Source: Candidatus Spongiisociaceae bacterium
GTDB taxonomy: Bacteria > Actinomycetota > Acidimicrobiia > Spongiisociales > Spongiisociaceae
Direction: 5' to 3'
Length of the DNA: 64,000 nucleotides
Assembly: GCA_965219685.1 (NCBI GenBank)
Contig: CBDCOH010000002.1
Location: 1,760,001 to 1,824,000, forward strand
Shown: positions 1 to 9,648 of the stretch, in pieces
How positions within the stretch are numbered: the stretch's first letter is position 1
How the letters are laid out: each line of letters opens with the position of its first letter
The notes under the pieces: model-generated
Databases searched by the model: none
Told to the model about the DNA's origin: nothing
The model's input: only the letters and a program-made list of their open reading frames with translations
Translations under genes and position numbers: made by a program

Positions 1-780
1 GGGATCCTCGGTGACGCCGTCGTTGTCGAGGTAGCCGTCGGCCACGTACACCCCGTCGGGAATCTCGGAGACCGATGCGCGGTCCTCGGCCTCGGCCTGA
101 TCGAACACCATCTGGATCGATTGCTCCACCAGGTCCCAACCGAAACGGCGCACGATCGAGCGAAACCGCTCCACACCGGTCCGGCAGGCGCTCATCTCGG
201 CCATCAGGTCGCCCACCAGAGCGGTGGGGAACCGCGAGTTCAGAGCGATGAGGTCCACGATCTGCTGATCGAGCCGGCCGGCCCTGAAGATGCAGGTGGG
301 ACCGATCCGCAGACCCTCCTGGAAGATGTCCACGGTGTCCCCGACGTAGCCTGCCTCCTTGGCGCCGATATCGTTCCAATGGGCCTTGGCCGCCGAGAAC
401 CCGCGCAGCGCACCGTCGACAAAGATCGGCGCGAAGACCGTCACGTCGTTGAGGTGGCTACCGGCGATGCTCGAGTCGTTGACCACCCAGACGTCCCCTT
501 CCCGGAAGGCCTGGTAGCCCTTGATCTTGATCACGGCCCGGAGCGTCCCGCCCAGGCTGCCCAGGAAGAAGGGAAGTCCGGGCGCCTGCCCGAGGAGGTG
601 ACCCTCCGAGTCGTATATGCCCACCGAGCAGTCCTTCATCTCGTAGATGACCGGACTGTGCGCGCTCCGGTAGAGGTTCCTACGCATCTGCTCCGCCCCG
701 GAGATGAACGCGTTACGAACCACTTCGACCGTCGCCGGCGACGGCATGGAAGTCTCGGCGACTCGGGTGGCGGCGCTCAC
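1..780 (-). CDS. hyuB: Hydantoinase B/oxoprolinase family protein, copy 1 (3' end runs off the window; not in ORF track)
   Basis: Manual translation from GTG at 780 (GTGA overlap with hyuA stop): MSAATRVAETSMPSPATVEVVRNAF...SPVIYEMKDCS...GSHLNDV...KAHWNDIG...DIFQEG. 223/260 aa identical to the 5092..6753 protein. Confidence 0.93.
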   Translation of the reverse strand, partial: MSAATRVAETSMPSPATVEVVRNAFISGAEQMRRNLYRSAHSPVIYEMKDCSVGIYDSEGHLLGQAPGLPFFLGSLGGTLRAVIKIKGYQAFREGDVWVVNDSSIAGSHLNDVTVFAPIFVDGALRGFSAAKAHWNDIGAKEAGYVGDTVDIFQEGLRIGPTCIFRAGRLDQQIVDLIALNSRFPTALVGDLMAEMSACRTGVERFRSIVRRFGWDLVEQSIQMVFDQAEAEDRASVSEIPDGVYVADGYLDNDGVTEDP

Positions 781-2786
781 GATCCCGACTCTCCCGTCCT
801 TTCCATGACCAGATGGCCTTCGGCTCCCACCCGGAGTTCCCATCCGGGGGGCACCACCGTCGTGGTGGACGGCTCTATGACGATCGCCGGCCCGGCCAGA
901 CTGCCGGCCAACTGGTTGCGCGTCACGACCGGGACCTCGACAGTCTGCCCATCGAAGACAACCTCCTCACGAACCTCCAGCGACAGTCCGTTTCCGGTCG
1001 ATCTGCTCCCGCCCGAGCCTCCTTCGAACTCCAGGATCCCGGTGAGGCGGATGGCGACCATCTCGATCGGTGCTTCGGGATTGCAGTGCCCGTACCTTTC
1101 CTCGTAGCGGCTGTGGAAGCTGGCCTTGAAGTCGGCGTCGGCAACCGTGCCCTGAAGCGGGACCCTCAACGTGTACTCCTGGCCGACGTAGCGGAGCTCG
1201 ATTATGGCTTCGAACCGCATCTCAGCCCTGGTCGCGTCGTCGACCTTCATCTCCGTGCAAACCCGGTTCTTGAGACGGGCGATCGGCTCGTGCAGATCCA
1301 GGTAGGGCTCGTCGAGCCTGCGGTAGAAGGTGGACACCGCCGCGTGGCGGACATCGCCCTGGAGCATGCCCCAAGCCGAGAAGACTCCGGGGTCGGAGGG
1401 AATGATCACCCGCTCCACCTCCAGTTCCTCGGCCAGGAAAGCGGCGTGCAGGGGACCGGCGCCGCCGAAGGCCACGATGGCGAAGTCCTTGGGATGCAGT
1501 CCGCGTTCCACCGTGAGTTCTCGGATCGCCTCGGCCATCACGAAGTGCGTTACATCGAGGGCCTGTTCGGCCAACTCGACCGCGTCTAGACCGAAGGTCT
1601 CCGCCACCGACTCCAAGGCCTCCTCGGCCGCCTCTCGGTCCAACTCGAGGGCTCCGGCCAGCTTCTGCGCCCTCGGGAGGCGCCCCAGCATCACGTTGGC
1701 ATCGGAGACCGTGGGCTGGGTGCCGCCCCGGCCGTAACTGGCGGGGCCGGGCGATGAGCCGGCCGACTCCGGACCGACCCGCAGTCCGCCGTGCTTCTCG
1801 TGAATGATGCTCCCGCCCCCGGCGCCGATGCTGACCAGTTCCACCGCCGGCGCCAGGATCGGTAGGCCCTGCAGTTCGAATTCGGACTGCATGCCGACCT
1901 CACCACCGCGCACGATCGAAACATCGAAGGAGGTGCCTCCCATGTCGATGCAGATCAGATCCGGCTGATCCGTCTGGCGACCGACCTCGCGACCACCGAT
2001 GACTCCCCCGACCGGACCGGAATAGAGGGTCAGCACGGCCCTGTCCGCAGCGGAGTCGGCGATCATCGCCCCGCCGTTCGACTGGGTTACGTGCAACTCG
2101 CAGGCAAGACCCCGGTCGGTGAGCGCGGTCGCAAGCCGGCGCAGGTAGTGGCGGACTTTGGGCGTTATGTAGACCGAGGTCACGGTGGTCGATGTCCGCT
2201 CGTACTCACGCCACTCCGGAGCCACGTCATGGCTCATGATGATCGGGATGTCCGGCAGGAGTTCCTTGAGCAACTCCTTCACCTCAAGTTCGTGGAGGGG
2301 GTCCACGTACGAGTGAATGAGCGACACTGCCACGGCTTCGTACTCGCCTTCTGCAATGGCCTTGGCGACCACCTCGACCGAGTTGGTGTCCAGCGGGGTC
2401 AGCACCTCACCCGAGGCGGAAATACGCTCGTCCACCTCGAAAATGGAGTCCCGCTCGGTTAGAGGAGCGGGCTTGCGGTATTTCAGGTCGTACATGTCGG
2501 GCCGGTGCCCGCGACCGATGAGATAAGCGTCGCGGTATCCGCGGGTAGTGATCAGGGCCACCCGCCCTCCGGACCGCTCGAGGAACGTGTTGAGCCCCAC
2601 CGTGGTTCCGTGAATGAAAAGGTCCACATCGGCCAGGTCGGCACCCGCTCCCTCGACCGCATCCAGCACACCTTCGACCAGATCCTCGGGAGTTGTGAGA
2701 ACCTTGGAAACCTCGGTCCCGGACTCCGACTCCAACACCAGATCCGTGAAGGTGCCGCCGATGTCAACCGCAATCCTTGTTCCCAT
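777..2786 (-). CDS. hyuA: Hydantoinase A/oxoprolinase family ATP-dependent subunit (N-methylhydantoinase A-like)
   Basis: VDIGGTFTD, HGTT, REYERTSTT, SGPVGG, DMGGTSFD, SIGAGGGS, GPESAG, FGGAGPLH motifs. Confidence 0.95.
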   Translation of the reverse strand: MGTRIAVDIGGTFTDLVLESESGTEVSKVLTTPEDLVEGVLDAVEGAGADLADVDLFIHGTTVGLNTFLERSGGRVALITTRGYRDAYLIGRGHRPDMYDLKYRKPAPLTERDSIFEVDERISASGEVLTPLDTNSVEVVAKAIAEGEYEAVAVSLIHSYVDPLHELEVKELLKELLPDIPIIMSHDVAPEWREYERTSTTVTSVYITPKVRHYLRRLATALTDRGLACELHVTQSNGGAMIADSAADRAVLTLYSGPVGGVIGGREVGRQTDQPDLICIDMGGTSFDVSIVRGGEVGMQSEFELQGLPILAPAVELVSIGAGGGSIIHEKHGGLRVGPESAGSSPGPASYGRGGTQPTVSDANVMLGRLPRAQKLAGALELDREAAEEALESVAETFGLDAVELAEQALDVTHFVMAEAIRELTVERGLHPKDFAIVAFGGAGPLHAAFLAEELEVERVIIPSDPGVFSAWGMLQGDVRHAAVSTFYRRLDEPYLDLHEPIARLKNRVCTEMKVDDATRAEMRFEAIIELRYVGQEYTLRVPLQGTVADADFKASFHSRYEERYGHCNPEAPIEMVAIRLTGILEFEGGSGGSRSTGNGLSLEVREEVVFDGQTVEVPVVTRNQLAGSLAGPAIVIEPSTTTVVPPGWELRVGAEGHLVMERTGESGS

Positions 2787-2833
2787 TGCCAGTGAGTCCC
2801 TTCAACTTGTAGACGCGACGGCCAGCGTACCAG

Positions 2834-2976
2834 TGTGGCTGGTGGCTGGTGGCTGGTGGCTGGTGGCTGGTGGCTGGTGGCTGGTGGCTGGTGGCTGGTG
2901 GCTGGTGGCTGGTGAATAGTGAATAGTGAATAGTGAATAGTGAATAGTGAATAGTGAATAGTGAATAGTGAATGGT
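2834..2976. repeat. Compound heptamer tandem array: (GGTGGCT)x~11 then (GAATAGT)x8 plus one variant unit
   Basis: Read directly: 10 perfect GGTGGCT at 2841-2910 (plus TGTGGCT at 2834); 8 perfect GAATAGT at 2914-2969, then GAATGGT. Confidence 0.98.
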
Positions 2977-2991
2977 CGTAACATGATGCAC

Positions 2992-3013
2992 CAACCGGCA
3001 ACCGACAACCGGC
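2992..3013. repeat. Short degenerate heptamer array CAACCGG-CAACCGA-CAACCGG
   Basis: Read directly; same unit as the arrays at 3313 and (reverse strand) 37298. Confidence 0.8.
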
Positions 3014-3021
3014 ACCTGGTA

Positions 3022-3204
3022 TCAGTTCCGGGTGACGATGGCCACGACGATCGCGAAGGCGGCGATGATCACACCGAGGCCGGCGAGAGCGGTGGCAATC
3101 AGCCAGCGGGTGGACCTGAGGATTCTCTGCTGGGTAACGGCATGGGCGCGGGCGAAGGCCTCTTCAGCCTTTGAATCAGTGTAGCGTTCAGTAGCGGTAG
3201 CTAT
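3022..3204 (-). CDS. Small protein (60 aa), helical/coiled-coil with C-terminal TM anchor; ATA start or start-mutated pseudogene
   Basis: Manual translation (I)ATATERYTDSKAEEAFARAHAVTQQRILRSTRWLIATALAGLGVIIAAFAIVVAIVTRN*. Ungapped 20/42 identity to 35052..35225; GGGGGG 6 nt upstream. Confidence 0.7.
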   Translation of the reverse strand: MATATERYTDSKAEEAFARAHAVTQQRILRSTRWLIATALAGLGVIIAAFAIVVAIVTRN

Positions 3205-3312
3205 CGCTATCCCCCCGTGAATGTGACACTAGACAACAAGTGTACCACAGGGCCTATCAAGCTGTAAGGGTTGGGTTCACCGGTTAGCGAATCGATACCA
3301 CTGGCCTACATG

Positions 3313-3333
3313 CAACCGGCAACGGGCAACTGG
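3313..3333. repeat. Short degenerate heptamer array CAACCGG-CAACGGG-CAACTGG
   Basis: Read directly, just downstream of the DUF885 stop. Confidence 0.75.
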
Positions 3334-3343
3334 CGCCTAATCG

Positions 3344-4978
3344 CTACTCACCTCGGTCGATGGCCTCGATGTCGCTCGCGTCGTCGAGCAGTTCCCAGCG
3401 GAGCAGGGAGTGGGGCACGTTGCCGTTCTTCCACAGGTTGTCGTGGAACCAGCGAAGGCTGAAATCGTCACCGAGGACCCGCTTGGCATCGGCGAGAAGA
3501 CGGATCACCTCCAACTTGCCAACCATGTAGCTCATGGCGAGACCGGGACTGGCAAGGTACATGGCTGTCTCCTCCAGAGCGGTCTGGTAGTCGATCGGGA
3601 CGAGTTCCATGAAGGTCCTCATGCCTTCTTCCAGCGTCATTGCTCCGGTCGCGAGGCTTACGTCCACCACCGAGCGGAGGCTGCGCAGGCGCTTGAAGTT
3701 CTGGACCACCAACCTCGACCACGGTGCGTCGTCGAAGAGACCGGCTTGGAGCATGAGAGACTCGTTGTAGTGGGCCAGCCCCTCGTTGGCGGTCGAGTCG
3801 TAATACCGGCGCCGGACCGGGTTCGTATGAGCCCAGGAGAGAGCCAGCTGCTTGTAGTGTGCTCCTTCGTGGATGATCCCGAGGCGGGGATCGTGAGCTA
3901 TCACCACGAAGAAGTAAGGCAGGGGACCGTTGGGATCCCAGACGTAGGCGAGCCCATCCTCGTCCAGCCGCCGGTCCGAGGTCAGGTCGTTGGCGCAACC
4001 CAACCAGGTGAGTGGCTGGACGTAGGAAGGCAACGGCGCCATGTGGTACCTGGCAAGCGAGCCGGGCTGGGTAAGCAGGTCCTCGCTCTCGTAGAACTCC
4101 CGGACCTCCCGTTCCTGCCGTATCTCATGTTCAGCCTGCTCTTCGGCCGACTTGAAGACGGGCGGTCTCGCACTCTCCGAGCCCCGGTTCCGCTCGATCT
4201 CCTCCCATGCATAGTTGCGGTAGATCTCCCGGTTCGCGAGGAGGACGATCTCCTCCGGGGATAGCGGCAGGAGAGCCACGTTCCGTAGGAACCAGACGAA
4301 GGTCTCACGCCCGACGGGCTCATGGTGGGGCATCTGCTCCTGGCGGTTGCGGAGCCATTCCCGGAAGTCGACCAACTGCGCCGTAGCTTCGGCCCCCGCC
4401 TCCGCCAGCGGTATCCGCCGACCCTGGTCGAAGAGTGGACCCAGTTCGCTCATGGACCGGGGTAGAGCCTCGTCGATATCCTCCAACAGCCGGACCGCGG
4501 CTCCGGCCAATGCCGATGTGCCGGCACGGGTCAGGTTCTCCCTCGCCACCTCCAGTTGCGAGCCCACCCGGTCAAGCTGGTAGATCACCCCGTCCTGCCG
4601 ATCGGTGTCGAACGGTGCGGCCGGGACCATCAAGTCGTAGGCCGGACCCAAAGCCTGATGGACCTGCATCACCGCGTCCCGCTCCCAGTTGCGCAGGATC
4701 CCGACCTCCCACTCCACCCGGGAGATGGCCGACCCGATCAGCCGGTAGTCGACCTGGTCCGGAACCGATTCGCCTGTTACATCCATGGCTTCCCACCGCA
4801 GGCGGAAATCCTCGGCGCGTTCGAGGCGACGCCGGGCGGAGTCCCGGTCGAACTCGGGTACCCAGTCCAGGGGATGCTCCACCCTGGGAACATCGTCCGG
4901 AGTCCGGTAGGAACTAGGAATACGCCACTCCCAGAACTCCCGGCCCAGGTCCTGCACTTCCGGGTTCGGGTTGTCCAT
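3344..4978 (-). CDS. DUF885 family protein (putative zinc metallohydrolase)
   Basis: IIHEGAH, NEGLAHYNE, RSLRSVVDVSL, PGLAMSYMVGKLE and FSLRWFHD match the DUF885 C-terminal pattern; GAGG before ATG 4978. Confidence 0.8.
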   Translation of the reverse strand: MDNPNPEVQDLGREFWEWRIPSSYRTPDDVPRVEHPLDWVPEFDRDSARRRLERAEDFRLRWEAMDVTGESVPDQVDYRLIGSAISRVEWEVGILRNWERDAVMQVHQALGPAYDLMVPAAPFDTDRQDGVIYQLDRVGSQLEVARENLTRAGTSALAGAAVRLLEDIDEALPRSMSELGPLFDQGRRIPLAEAGAEATAQLVDFREWLRNRQEQMPHHEPVGRETFVWFLRNVALLPLSPEEIVLLANREIYRNYAWEEIERNRGSESARPPVFKSAEEQAEHEIRQEREVREFYESEDLLTQPGSLARYHMAPLPSYVQPLTWLGCANDLTSDRRLDEDGLAYVWDPNGPLPYFFVVIAHDPRLGIIHEGAHYKQLALSWAHTNPVRRRYYDSTANEGLAHYNESLMLQAGLFDDAPWSRLVVQNFKRLRSLRSVVDVSLATGAMTLEEGMRTFMELVPIDYQTALEETAMYLASPGLAMSYMVGKLEVIRLLADAKRVLGDDFSLRWFHDNLWKNGNVPHSLLRWELLDDASDIEAIDRGE

Positions 4979-5091
4979 TTCAGGTCCTCTCACTCAGGGA
5001 ACCAAGAGCGACGGCACTGATGGCAATCCTCTAGGCACCACCCGGTATCCGTCGATGACAGGCTAGAGCCCGGCTGAGCGTGCAAGCGCAG

Positions 5092-6753
5092 CTATCCGGC
5101 GGTCAGATGGACCATTTCGAGGCGGCTGTCCTGCTCCCGGTCCGCAGCTGAACGCTCAGCAGGATCGCCCCATCCGCCTCCGCCCCCCGTCTTCACCAGG
5201 ATCCTGGTTCCGGCCTCGACCTTGAGGTTGTTGGCTTTGAGGATGTGGACCCCGGGCTCGCCGGGGCGGTAAACCCAGACCTCCGGCGGCTTTCCGTCCT
5301 TGCCCCCGAACAAGCCCCACGACGGCGTGGTGGCCCGCTCGAACCACAGTTGCACCGTAACCGGCGCCAGCAGCTCATACTCCCGGATGATTCCGAGACC
5401 ACCGCGCCACTTCCCGTCCCCACCGGATCCATCCCGCAGGCTGTGTCTACGCATGACCAGCGGGTAGCGATGCTCCATCGTTTCGATCGGGAAGTTCTTG
5501 AAGTCTCCTGCGGACGAATGGATCAGCGCCGATTCGCCGTCTCCCCCCTCGTAGGCGCCCCAGCCGCCGGTCAAGGACTCCCCTGAGAGGAAGAGACCGT
5601 ACTCGTTCTCTCCCACGAGTATGACGTTCCACGAGTCCCCCACGACCCCGGCGGCGGCCCGCTCGGGGATCACCGGGCTCAGCGCCTTGATGATTAGTTC
5701 CATCGCCAGGGACAGGTGAGGTCCGTAGTGCAGGCAAGGAGCTGTCTCGCTGGGGTTGAAACAGGTGCCTTCCGGGGCGATCACCTCAAGATTCCGGAAA
5801 TTCCCGCCCGAGACCGGGGCGTGGGGGTTGACGATGAACTTGAAGGCCTGCTCCATGGCCGAGCGGGTCTGGACTACCCCGCTGTTGATGCTCCCCACGC
5901 ACTGGCGGTGGGATCCGGTCAGGTCCACGATCATGCTGTCGCCCGACACGGTCACGGTTACCTTTATGTATACGGGCTCTTCGGTGACGGGATCGCCGTC
6001 GAGATACCCGTCCGCGACGTATACACCGTCGGGGATCTCTGCCACCGAAGCGCGATCCTCGGCCTCGGCCTGGTCGTAAACCAGTTGGATCGACTTCTGC
6101 AGCTGGTCCCATCCGAACCGTCGCACGATCGCACCGAAGCGCTCGACCCCGGTCCGGCAGGCGCTGATCTCGGCCATCAGATCACCCACCAGGGCAGTCG
6201 GGAAGCGGGAGTTCAAAGCGATCAGGTCTACGATCTGCTGATCGAGCCGGCCATCCCGGAAGAGGCAGATGGGCGGGATCCGTACGCCTTCCTGGAAGAT
6301 GTCCACCGTATCGGTGACGAAACCGGCTTCCTTGGCGCCGATGTCGTTCCAATGGGCCTTAGCCGCTGTGAAACCCCGGAGCGTGCCGTCTACGAATACC
6401 GGGGCGAACACCGTCACATCGTTGAGGTGGCTCCCGCATATGACCGAGTCGTTGACTATCCAGACATCTCCCTCCTCGAAGACCTCGTAGCCCTTGATCT
6501 TGATCACCTCACGAAGAGTGCCGCCCAGGCTTCCCAGGAAGAACGGAAGGCCGGGCGCCTGGCCGAGCAGGTGTCCATGCACGTCGTAGATACCCACCGA
6601 GCAGTCCTTCATCTCGTAGATGACCGGGCTATGCGCGCTCCGATACAGGTTCCGCCGCATCTGCTCCGCCCCGGAGATGAACGCATTGCGCACCACCTCG
6701 ACCGTCGCCGGGGACGGCATGGACGAGTCAGAAACTTGAGTAGCCGTGCTCAT
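5092..6753 (-). CDS. hyuB: Hydantoinase B/oxoprolinase family protein, copy 2
   Basis: GSHLND, KAHWNDIG, PIETMEHRYP, GSGGDGKWRGGLG, TGGGGGWGDP. Confidence 0.95.
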   Translation of the reverse strand: MSTATQVSDSSMPSPATVEVVRNAFISGAEQMRRNLYRSAHSPVIYEMKDCSVGIYDVHGHLLGQAPGLPFFLGSLGGTLREVIKIKGYEVFEEGDVWIVNDSVICGSHLNDVTVFAPVFVDGTLRGFTAAKAHWNDIGAKEAGFVTDTVDIFQEGVRIPPICLFRDGRLDQQIVDLIALNSRFPTALVGDLMAEISACRTGVERFGAIVRRFGWDQLQKSIQLVYDQAEAEDRASVAEIPDGVYVADGYLDGDPVTEEPVYIKVTVTVSGDSMIVDLTGSHRQCVGSINSGVVQTRSAMEQAFKFIVNPHAPVSGGNFRNLEVIAPEGTCFNPSETAPCLHYGPHLSLAMELIIKALSPVIPERAAAGVVGDSWNVILVGENEYGLFLSGESLTGGWGAYEGGDGESALIHSSAGDFKNFPIETMEHRYPLVMRRHSLRDGSGGDGKWRGGLGIIREYELLAPVTVQLWFERATTPSWGLFGGKDGKPPEVWVYRPGEPGVHILKANNLKVEAGTRILVKTGGGGGWGDPAERSAADREQDSRLEMVHLTAG

Positions 6754-6831
6754 ATCCGACCCTTCCGTGATATTGGTGGACACCGGCCAGGATAGCGGTC
6801 CCCGGTCAGCGGCAATGAACCGGCAACCGGC

Positions 6832-7779
6832 CTACACCGCCTTCCAGCAGCGAACCATCCGCCCGTCCATACCGCTCGGAACGAGGTCCTGCTCGGCCGA
6901 GCACGCCGACTCGGCAAGGGGACATCTCGGCATCAGGCGACACCCGCTGGCCGGGTCGCTCTCGCCTTTAGGACCTAACGCGTGCTCGTCGGTTGCGAAC
7001 CGGCTGGCGGCTATCAGAGCCTGGGTGTAGGGGTGGGCGGGCGACTCGAAGACCTGTTCGACAGTGCCTCTTTCGACTATCTGGCCGAGGTACATGACCA
7101 CTATCTCGTCGGCGCAGACCCGCACCGCTTCCAAGTCGTGGGAGATGAAGACGAACGCGACGTTGAATTCCTCCTGGAGTTGTTGCAGGAGGGACAGGAT
7201 CTCGCCGCGTACGCTGAGGTCGAGCGACGAGGTCGGCTCGTCGAGTACCACCAGGTCGGGATCGGGGGCCAAGGCCCGCGCGACAGCGGCTCTCTGCAAC
7301 TGCCCTCCGCTGAGAGCCCTTGGTTTGCGATCCCAGAGTTCCTCACCGAGGCTGACCGATGTCAGCACATGCCGCAGGCGTTCGTCCTGCTGCGCTCTAG
7401 ACATATCCGACCTCAGGCGGCGCAGCGGCTGGGCCACGGAACTTCGCACGGTCCGGGTCGGGTCGAACGATGCCTGGGGCATCTGGAACACCATCTGGAT
7501 CAGGCGCCGGTGGGGGCGCATCTGGCGGACCTTGAGACCACCGAGCTGGACGCCTTCGAGCACCACCTCCCCGGCAGTGGGGGGCGTGAGCCCCAGCAGA
7601 CACCTGGCCACGGTCGACTTGCCCGAACCGCTCTCTCCGACGATGCCGAGGGTGCGCCCGCGCTCCACCGTGAACGACACGTCCTCCGCGGCGCGCACCG
7701 TCTCAACCCGCCCGATCGAGTGCCGGACCCGGTAGGTCTTGGATAGGTTGCGCACCTCCAGGATCGGGAAATCATCCAT
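6832..7779 (-). CDS. Oligopeptide/dipeptide ABC transporter ATP-binding protein (DppF/OppF-like)
   Basis: GESGSGKS, LSGGQ, VVLDEPTS, C-terminal HPYT...GCRLMPRCP..C. Confidence 0.95.
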   Translation of the reverse strand: MDDFPILEVRNLSKTYRVRHSIGRVETVRAAEDVSFTVERGRTLGIVGESGSGKSTVARCLLGLTPPTAGEVVLEGVQLGGLKVRQMRPHRRLIQMVFQMPQASFDPTRTVRSSVAQPLRRLRSDMSRAQQDERLRHVLTSVSLGEELWDRKPRALSGGQLQRAAVARALAPDPDLVVLDEPTSSLDLSVRGEILSLLQQLQEEFNVAFVFISHDLEAVRVCADEIVVMYLGQIVERGTVEQVFESPAHPYTQALIAASRFATDEHALGPKGESDPASGCRLMPRCPLAESACSAEQDLVPSGMDGRMVRCWKAV

Positions 7780-8755
7780 TTCCGGGCCCCAGGTGGCAGA
7801 GCAACCTGCGTCGCTCGTCCGGCTCGAACAGTGGAAGAGGCTCGTGATCGCACACTTCCATCCGAGAGACGCAGCGGTCGCGGAAAGCGCAGAGGTCGTA
7901 TACCTCTGTCATCTTCGGCACCAGACCCGGTATGGAAAGGGGCCGTTCCCCGGTGCGCAGGTCGACGCACTCGAGCAGGGCTTTCGAATACGGATGGGTA
8001 GGCTCTTCCAAGATCTGCTCCCGGGGACCGAACTCCACCACCCGTCCGGCGTACATGATGCCGATGTGGCGCGAGACCCGGGCCACGGCCCGCAGATCGT
8101 GAGAGATGAACAGCAGGGCGGCGTTGCGGGCGCTGACCTGCTTCTCCAAGAGATCGAGAACCCGGATCTGGGTGGTCATATCCAAGCCGGTGGTCGGCTC
8201 ATCGGCCAGGATGAGCGTCGGTCCGCAGGCGAGGGCCAGCGCTATGTTGACCCGCTGCGCCATCCCACCGCTCAGTTGGTGCGGGTGACGTCTGAGCACG
8301 GCCTCCGGGTCACCGAACTCGAGCTCGCGAAGGGTGGACCGGGCGAACTCGTGCGGATCCCCGTCTGACGCATCACGGTTCGCTTTGTACGCGTCGACGA
8401 TCTGGCGCTCCACCTTGAGCATCGGGTCGAGCGCCGACACGGGGTTCTGGTAGATCATCGCCACATCCGCGCCGCGGTACGCCTGCAAATCGCCGGGACT
8501 CATCTCTAGAACCTGCCGGCCGCTCCAGTCGATGGCGCCGCCGGTGATCGCTCCTCCCGGCGGCATAAGGCGAAGGATCGACCGCAGCGTCATCGTCTTT
8601 CCCGATCCGCTCTCGCCCACCAGGCCGACCGTCTCACCGGGATACACCTCCAAGTCGACCCCCTGGAGAGGGTGGACCGGGCCGGACGCCGTGTGGATGG
8701 TCACCTCTACACCCGAGAGAGACAGGAGGGCACCATTGGCGGGGTCCGTTGTCAC
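7772..8755 (-). CDS. Oligopeptide/dipeptide ABC transporter ATP-binding protein (DppD/OppD-like)
   Basis: GESGSGKT, LSGGM, ILADEPTT, HPYS...CAFRDRC. True start is likely GTG 8755 (GTGA overlap). Confidence 0.93.
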   Translation of the reverse strand: MTTDPANGALLSLSGVEVTIHTASGPVHPLQGVDLEVYPGETVGLVGESGSGKTMTLRSILRLMPPGGAITGGAIDWSGRQVLEMSPGDLQAYRGADVAMIYQNPVSALDPMLKVERQIVDAYKANRDASDGDPHEFARSTLRELEFGDPEAVLRRHPHQLSGGMAQRVNIALALACGPTLILADEPTTGLDMTTQIRVLDLLEKQVSARNAALLFISHDLRAVARVSRHIGIMYAGRVVEFGPREQILEEPTHPYSKALLECVDLRTGERPLSIPGLVPKMTEVYDLCAFRDRCVSRMEVCDHEPLPLFEPDERRRLLCHLGPGNG

Positions 8756-9642
8756 GATGACACCCTCGTCGCGTCGACTGGCACGTCCGACCCTATCGAA
8801 AACCCGGTCAGCGAGTACACGGAGAGCGCGATCGCGGCACCCGGGAAGAGCGACGCCCACCACTTGCCGGCGACTATCAGGTTGGCGCCCTCCCTGATCA
8901 TCGCACCCCACTCCGGGCTGGGCGGTTCGATACCGAGTCCGATGAAGCTCAAACCGGCGATGATCTGGATGGCGTAGGCGCAAGTCAAAGCGAAGAGGGC
9001 CAGGATCTGGCCGCGAGCGTTGGGAATGAAGTGCTTCCACACGATCCCCCAGCCACCGAGGCCGCTGCACTTGGCCGCCTGGACGAACTCGGCATCGGTC
9101 AACGGGATCAGCACGCTGCGTACCTGGCGCACGTAGGAGGGAAAGTTGACGAACGCTATGGCGATGACGAGAACCACAGTGCCCGTATCGAACGGTAGGG
9201 GAAGGTCGAGGGCGCCGAGGGCCGCGAACAACACCAGCCCGAGGAGCAGCACCGGGAACGATTGCAGCACCTCGACCACCCGGAGCACCACGGTGTCCAC
9301 CCAGCCCCGGCGGTAGGCGGCCCACGCCCCCATCATGGATCCCAGACCGCCGCCCAGAACGACCCCGATCAGCGCCAGCACGAAGTCTATGCGGGCTCCG
9401 GCCACGACTCTCGAGTAAATGTCGAGTCCGAGGCTGTCAGTACCGAACCAGTGGTCCGCCGACGGCGGCGCCAGCGTGTTGAACGGATCGGGTCGGATCG
9501 GGTCATGGGTGACGATCCAGGGACCGAAGAGGACGATCAAGAGGATGAAGTAGAAGATCGAACGTCGTACCGTCCTGCCCTTCGTGGGACCGACGAAGAT
9601 GCGGGAGAGGAGGCTCTGGTCGGTGCGTGAACGAGTGATCAT
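8752..9642 (-). CDS. Peptide ABC transporter permease (DppC-like)
   Basis: PPSADHWFGTDSLGLDIYSRV, EAA-loop equivalent EFVQAAKCSG, LSFIGLG..PPSPEWG. Confidence 0.95.
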   Translation of the reverse strand: MITRSRTDQSLLSRIFVGPTKGRTVRRSIFYFILLIVLFGPWIVTHDPIRPDPFNTLAPPSADHWFGTDSLGLDIYSRVVAGARIDFVLALIGVVLGGGLGSMMGAWAAYRRGWVDTVVLRVVEVLQSFPVLLLGLVLFAALGALDLPLPFDTGTVVLVIAIAFVNFPSYVRQVRSVLIPLTDAEFVQAAKCSGLGGWGIVWKHFIPNARGQILALFALTCAYAIQIIAGLSFIGLGIEPPSPEWGAMIREGANLIVAGKWWASLFPGAAIALSVYSLTGFSIGSDVPVDATRVSS

Positions 9643-9648
9643 CGCTTG

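Noticed and set aside
121-1107. Long plus-strand ORFs opposite real genes (also 5716..6795, 10829..11881, 55724..57619 and many others)
   Set aside because: Antisense shadow ORFs typical of high-GC DNA; the recognisable motifs are on the other strand
2834-2976. CRISPR array, or protein-coding repeats (TIHYSLF/SHQPPAT ORFs)
   Set aside because: Pure 7-bp tandem units with no spacers and no cas genes; the same peptide appears in all three frames, which is a repeat artefact
6811-6831. Further heptamer trace (GAACCGG CAACCGG), and a possible one at ~59300-59340
   Set aside because: Only two units or highly degenerate; cannot be told from chance by eye
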